A stretch of DNA of 64,000 nt from Nitrospirota bacterium (GTDB lineage Bacteria > Nitrospirota > UBA9217): contig CAWJQQ010000002.1 of NCBI GenBank assembly GCA_963845065.1, positions 192,001 to 256,000 of the forward strand, in the 5' to 3' direction. Position 1 is the stretch's first letter. Each line of letters opens with the position of its first letter. The position numbers were made by a program, and so were the translations under genes. Below the pieces are notes generated by a model. That model searched no databases, had not been told where the DNA came from, and was given only the letters and a program-made list of their open reading frames with translations. Below are positions 60,863 through 64,000 of this stretch, one piece after another.

Positions 60863-61537
60863 ATGGTCACAGTTAAATTATTTGCCGTTCTAAAAGATAA
60901 AGCAGCCCGAAGCGAGTTGTCGATCACGTTTATTAGCGGCACCGTAGAGGCCTTGCTGAAGCAGGTGTCTCATGAATACCCGGCGCTCGCGGACATCCTA
61001 TCCTGCGGGTCCATCATGGTTTCGGTGAACCAGGATTTTGTAAAAATGGACGCGGTGGTCATGGATGGTGATGAGGTGGCGCTCATGCCGCCTTTCTCCG
61101 GAGGAAGCGGCGCTGTGCCGACGGTTCGGATCCAGCTCGAACCCTTTTCGATCGAACAAGAAATAGAGAATTTAAAAACAATTTCTACCGCTATCGGCGC
61201 GATTGTAATGTTCCTCGGGACGACGCGAGACATCTCGGTGGATAAGCAGGTGGCAAAGCTCGAATTCGAGCATTACCCGGGTATGGCCGAGAAAAAACTT
61301 TCCGAGATCAGGGATTGCGCTATCAAGGAATATGGAGTGATCGATGTTGCGATTATTCACCGGGTTGGCACAATCCCGGTGGGAGACAATATTGTATTGA
61401 TCCTGGTCTCCTCGATACATCGTGACGAGGCCTTCCGTGCATGCCGCTTCGTTATCGACGAGTTGAAACGGATAACGCCTATTTGGAAGAAAGAAACAAG
61501 ACCGGATGGCGAGGTATGGGTTGCGGAACATCCGTAG
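60863..61537 (+). CDS. Fused molybdopterin synthase MoaD-MoaE
   Basis: KLFA...DGDEVALMPPFSGG followed by GAIV.F.G..R, HRVG and PIWKKE. Confidence 0.9.
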   Translation: MVTVKLFAVLKDKAARSELSITFISGTVEALLKQVSHEYPALADILSCGSIMVSVNQDFVKMDAVVMDGDEVALMPPFSGGSGAVPTVRIQLEPFSIEQEIENLKTISTAIGAIVMFLGTTRDISVDKQVAKLEFEHYPGMAEKKLSEIRDCAIKEYGVIDVAIIHRVGTIPVGDNIVLILVSSIHRDEAFRACRFVIDELKRITPIWKKETRPDGEVWVAEHP

Positions 61538-61620
61538 GAGCACAGGACAGATGAACAGACAGCTGTCTCTAGACTTCCATACGGTCCGGCTTCCGCACGA
61601 TTGTCATATGATATGTTGAT

Positions 61621-62040
61621 TTATTTTGTTGCAGATTTTTTGCTGTTTTTCAGGAATACCACACAAGTCGAGCAGTCATTATCCATCCTGCATTTGGTCG
61701 TTTCCCAGCATGGCTTGCCTTTGTCTGTAAAGGCCGTACAAACAACCCGTCGTTCGTCGGGACAATCCTTGATCTCCCAGCAGGGAGCATAATCGAGGAG
61801 TTTCTTGATGCCTTCAATGCTGATCTTTTTCGTATGGATCAGTTCACGGATGCAGCGCAGCCACTTAATATCGTTTCCCGTGTAAAGCCTGTTCCTACGC
61901 TCGCGCGTCGGGAGGATCAGACCATGTTTCTCGTAAAGCCGCAGGGTCTGTGCTGTGGTTCCGACAAGCTTTGCAGCAACACCCATGGTAAAGAGCGGCG
62001 CGTCCTTGTCCTTTAAAACATCTAAACTATCAGCTATCAT
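61621..62040 (-). CDS. HspR-like MerR regulator with Cys-rich CW tail
   Basis: QTLRLYEK.GLI HTH; CWEIKDC...C...CWE..C..C..C. Confidence 0.85.
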   Translation of the reverse strand: MIADSLDVLKDKDAPLFTMGVAAKLVGTTAQTLRLYEKHGLILPTRERRNRLYTGNDIKWLRCIRELIHTKKISIEGIKKLLDYAPCWEIKDCPDERRVVCTAFTDKGKPCWETTKCRMDNDCSTCVVFLKNSKKSATK

Positions 62041-62064
62041 ATGCTTTATAATCTCCCCGATTTT

Positions 62065-62781
62065 TTATCGCGGTATAAGTATCGTCATTTTGTCCGTTAC
62101 GAGAAGCACACCCATAATTACAAGAATGGCCCCGCTCACTATTTTGATGACCTTAAAATGCTTTCTCAGTTTATTGAATGATGACAGGAATGCGCTGATG
62201 GCAATTGCCGAGAGAATAAACGGTATCCCCAGACCGAAAGAATAAAATGTTAAGAGCGCCATGCCCCGCCCAAGAGTAGCCGTCTCCATGGCCAGGGCCA
62301 GAACAGACCCCAGAAAAGGACCCGTGCAGGGCGTCCAACCTGCCCCAAAAATCATGCCGACCACAATGGTACCCGCATAACCCGCGGGACGTGTTTTTAG
62401 CTGAAGTTTTGCCTCTCGCTGGAGAAAAGGGATGTTCACTACATCCATGACGAAAACGCCCATAATAATAATGAGAACGCCCCCCACGATCCTGATCAGG
62501 TCCAGATGCTGAGACAGGACACTGCCTGCTAGACTCGCTGTTGCGCCAAGAAGCACAAAAATTAGCGTAAATCCAGAAACAAATGCAACCGAATGCAGAA
62601 ACGTGATGTTCATGTTCTTTCTGCGAGATTCCTGGCTCACAAGATCATCGTAACTTATGCCGGTAATGTAAGAAACGTAGGAAGGAATGAGGGGGAGAAT
62701 GCAGGGAGACGCAAAAGAAATTAGGCCCATAAAAGCCGAAAATAGAAGAACAGACGGCGTCAACCCGTGAGAAATATCCAT
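62065..62781 (-). CDS. ccdA: Cytochrome c biogenesis thiol:disulfide transporter CcdA
   Basis: SPCILPLIP and GWTPCTGP motifs; about six TM segments. Confidence 0.92.
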   Translation of the reverse strand: MDISHGLTPSVLLFSAFMGLISFASPCILPLIPSYVSYITGISYDDLVSQESRRKNMNITFLHSVAFVSGFTLIFVLLGATASLAGSVLSQHLDLIRIVGGVLIIIMGVFVMDVVNIPFLQREAKLQLKTRPAGYAGTIVVGMIFGAGWTPCTGPFLGSVLALAMETATLGRGMALLTFYSFGLGIPFILSAIAISAFLSSFNKLRKHFKVIKIVSGAILVIMGVLLVTDKMTILIPR

Positions 62782-63047
62782 GCGTTTCGAATCCTCCGGT
62801 GCAGTGTTACATAATACCAGTGGTCGCGAAAGGGAGTCAAGCAAAAGTTTTACTGTTTTCCGCTTGACTTATTCTATAGTTATAATTAATAGCAACTGCC
62901 TCTCAGCACGTTACCACACATTTACTTTTTTGCTAAGCTCTTTAAATTTTTAGAATAATCAGTAATATTTTTTTATTGACAAAAAAAAACTAATTCATTA
63001 TGCTTACTTTTTCCATGTTCATCATTACTAAATTGAAGGAGGAGACT

Positions 63048-63674
63048 GTGTATATCGATCAGCCGTTGCGGCACTTCATGGACAAGTTGGCGAGCAAATC
63101 CCCTGAACCGGGAGGGGGGAGCGTGGCAGCCCTTACCGGAGCGATGGGCGCAGCTCTGGTTAGCATGGTATCCAATCTGACTCTGGGGAAGGAAAAATAC
63201 AAAGACGTACAGCAACAGATTGAGACTTTATTGAACGAATCTGAAAAACTTCGCTTGGAAATGCAAGACCTGATCCAAAAAGACACGGAAGCGTATGGTG
63301 CGCTCTCCAATGTTTACAAAATGCCGAAGAACACCGATGAGGAAAAGGCAGCACGCACGGTAAAAATGCAGGAGGCACTCAAAAAAGCCTGCCAGGTCCC
63401 CTTGGAAATAGGCCTGAAATCCCTGGTGGTCGCGAAGCTCGCAGAACGCGCTGCTAATATAGGCAATGTCGCTGCCGTGAGCGATGCCGGCGTCGCGGTG
63501 CTCCTTGCCCAGGCGTGTGCCCAGAGTGCGGCGCTCAACGTGAAGATCAATGTAAACAGTATCAAAGACGGTACGTTCAATAACAATACCTGGACCCAGA
63601 TGCAGAATGTCCTTACTCAGGTTAGCGCACTAGAAAAATCGGTGATGGCGACAACGTATAAAAAAATGGGATAA
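63048..63674 (+). CDS. Formiminotetrahydrofolate cyclodeaminase / FchA-like cyclohydrolase
   Basis: LAS.SP.PGGGSVAA, SDAG and LNV.IN motifs; AAGGAGG RBS before GTG 63048. Confidence 0.9.
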   Translation: MYIDQPLRHFMDKLASKSPEPGGGSVAALTGAMGAALVSMVSNLTLGKEKYKDVQQQIETLLNESEKLRLEMQDLIQKDTEAYGALSNVYKMPKNTDEEKAARTVKMQEALKKACQVPLEIGLKSLVVAKLAERAANIGNVAAVSDAGVAVLLAQACAQSAALNVKINVNSIKDGTFNNNTWTQMQNVLTQVSALEKSVMATTYKKMG

Positions 63675-63788
63675 AAATATAGCGTCCAGGATCGGGCGGG
63701 GCTCCGCAAACACTTTCTGGGTTGCTGCATTTATTCGGAATTGGTGCCCATGGACCGCGGACCTGGTTCGCACGAGGAGAAAACATAC

Positions 63789-64000
63789 ATGGCCGCAAAA
63801 CTCTTGACAGGAAAAGAAGTGGCGCAAAAAATGGACCAGGACATTCAGAAAGATGTCCAGGAACTGAAGGCAAAGGGTGTCAATCCGGCGCTCAGGATAA
63901 TGATCGTTGGTGATGCTCCTGACTCGCTCGCCTATGCAAACAGCGCGAAAAAAATGGCAGAAAAAAATGGCATCCTGTGCGAAATTGAGCAGTTGCCGGG
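63789..64000 (+). CDS. folD: Methylene-THF dehydrogenase/cyclohydrolase, 5' part
   Basis: Manual translation MAAKLLTGKEVA...PALRIMIVGDAPDSLAYANSAKKMAEKNGI; truncated by the window end. Confidence 0.85.
   Translation, partial: MAAKLLTGKEVAQKMDQDIQKDVQELKAKGVNPALRIMIVGDAPDSLAYANSAKKMAEKNGILCEIEQLP

Noticed and set aside
63675..63780. Folate/ZMP riboswitch before folD
   Set aside because: GC-rich, but lacking the conserved THF or ZMP riboswitch motifs I could recognise.

Overview
Chromosomal window from a diderm bacterium; the gene content resembles Nitrospirota/Desulfobacterota, which is an inference. (1) 1-10.6 kb is a sigma54-driven nitrogen island: two atypical P-II genes, amtB, a YnfA-like gene plus a decayed duplicate, a PP2C-Ser/Thr kinase fusion, an APC permease and a porin. 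A complete tnpB-only IS200/IS605 element interrupts it. (2) 11.2-23.2 kb is a type II secretion operon, gspC-N. (3) 23.5-29 kb holds MurNAc salvage (NamZ plus a MurU-AmgK fusion) and a probable CC-adding tRNA nucleotidyltransferase. (4) 29.3-46.4 kb is a fatty-acid beta-oxidation cluster with EtfAB, a FadF/EMO-like oxidoreductase and a LiuR-like MerR regulator. (5) 46.6-53 kb is an IclR-controlled dca/paa-like cluster with an internal duplication. (6) 53-64 kb holds aroCKB, mqnBD, lemA-htpX-like, a moaD-moaE fusion, a MerR/CW-motif regulator, ccdA, a cyclodeaminase and the start of folD. I saw no rRNA, tRNA or CRISPR array. The best candidate for a novel system is the nitrogen island. Both P-II proteins lack Tyr51 and Arg47 and carry a Ser at position 54, next to a membrane-anchored kinase/phosphatase, and three sigma54 promoters share a tandem enhancer. 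Nine single-base insertions at 6.08-7.85 kb look like sequencing or assembly errors.
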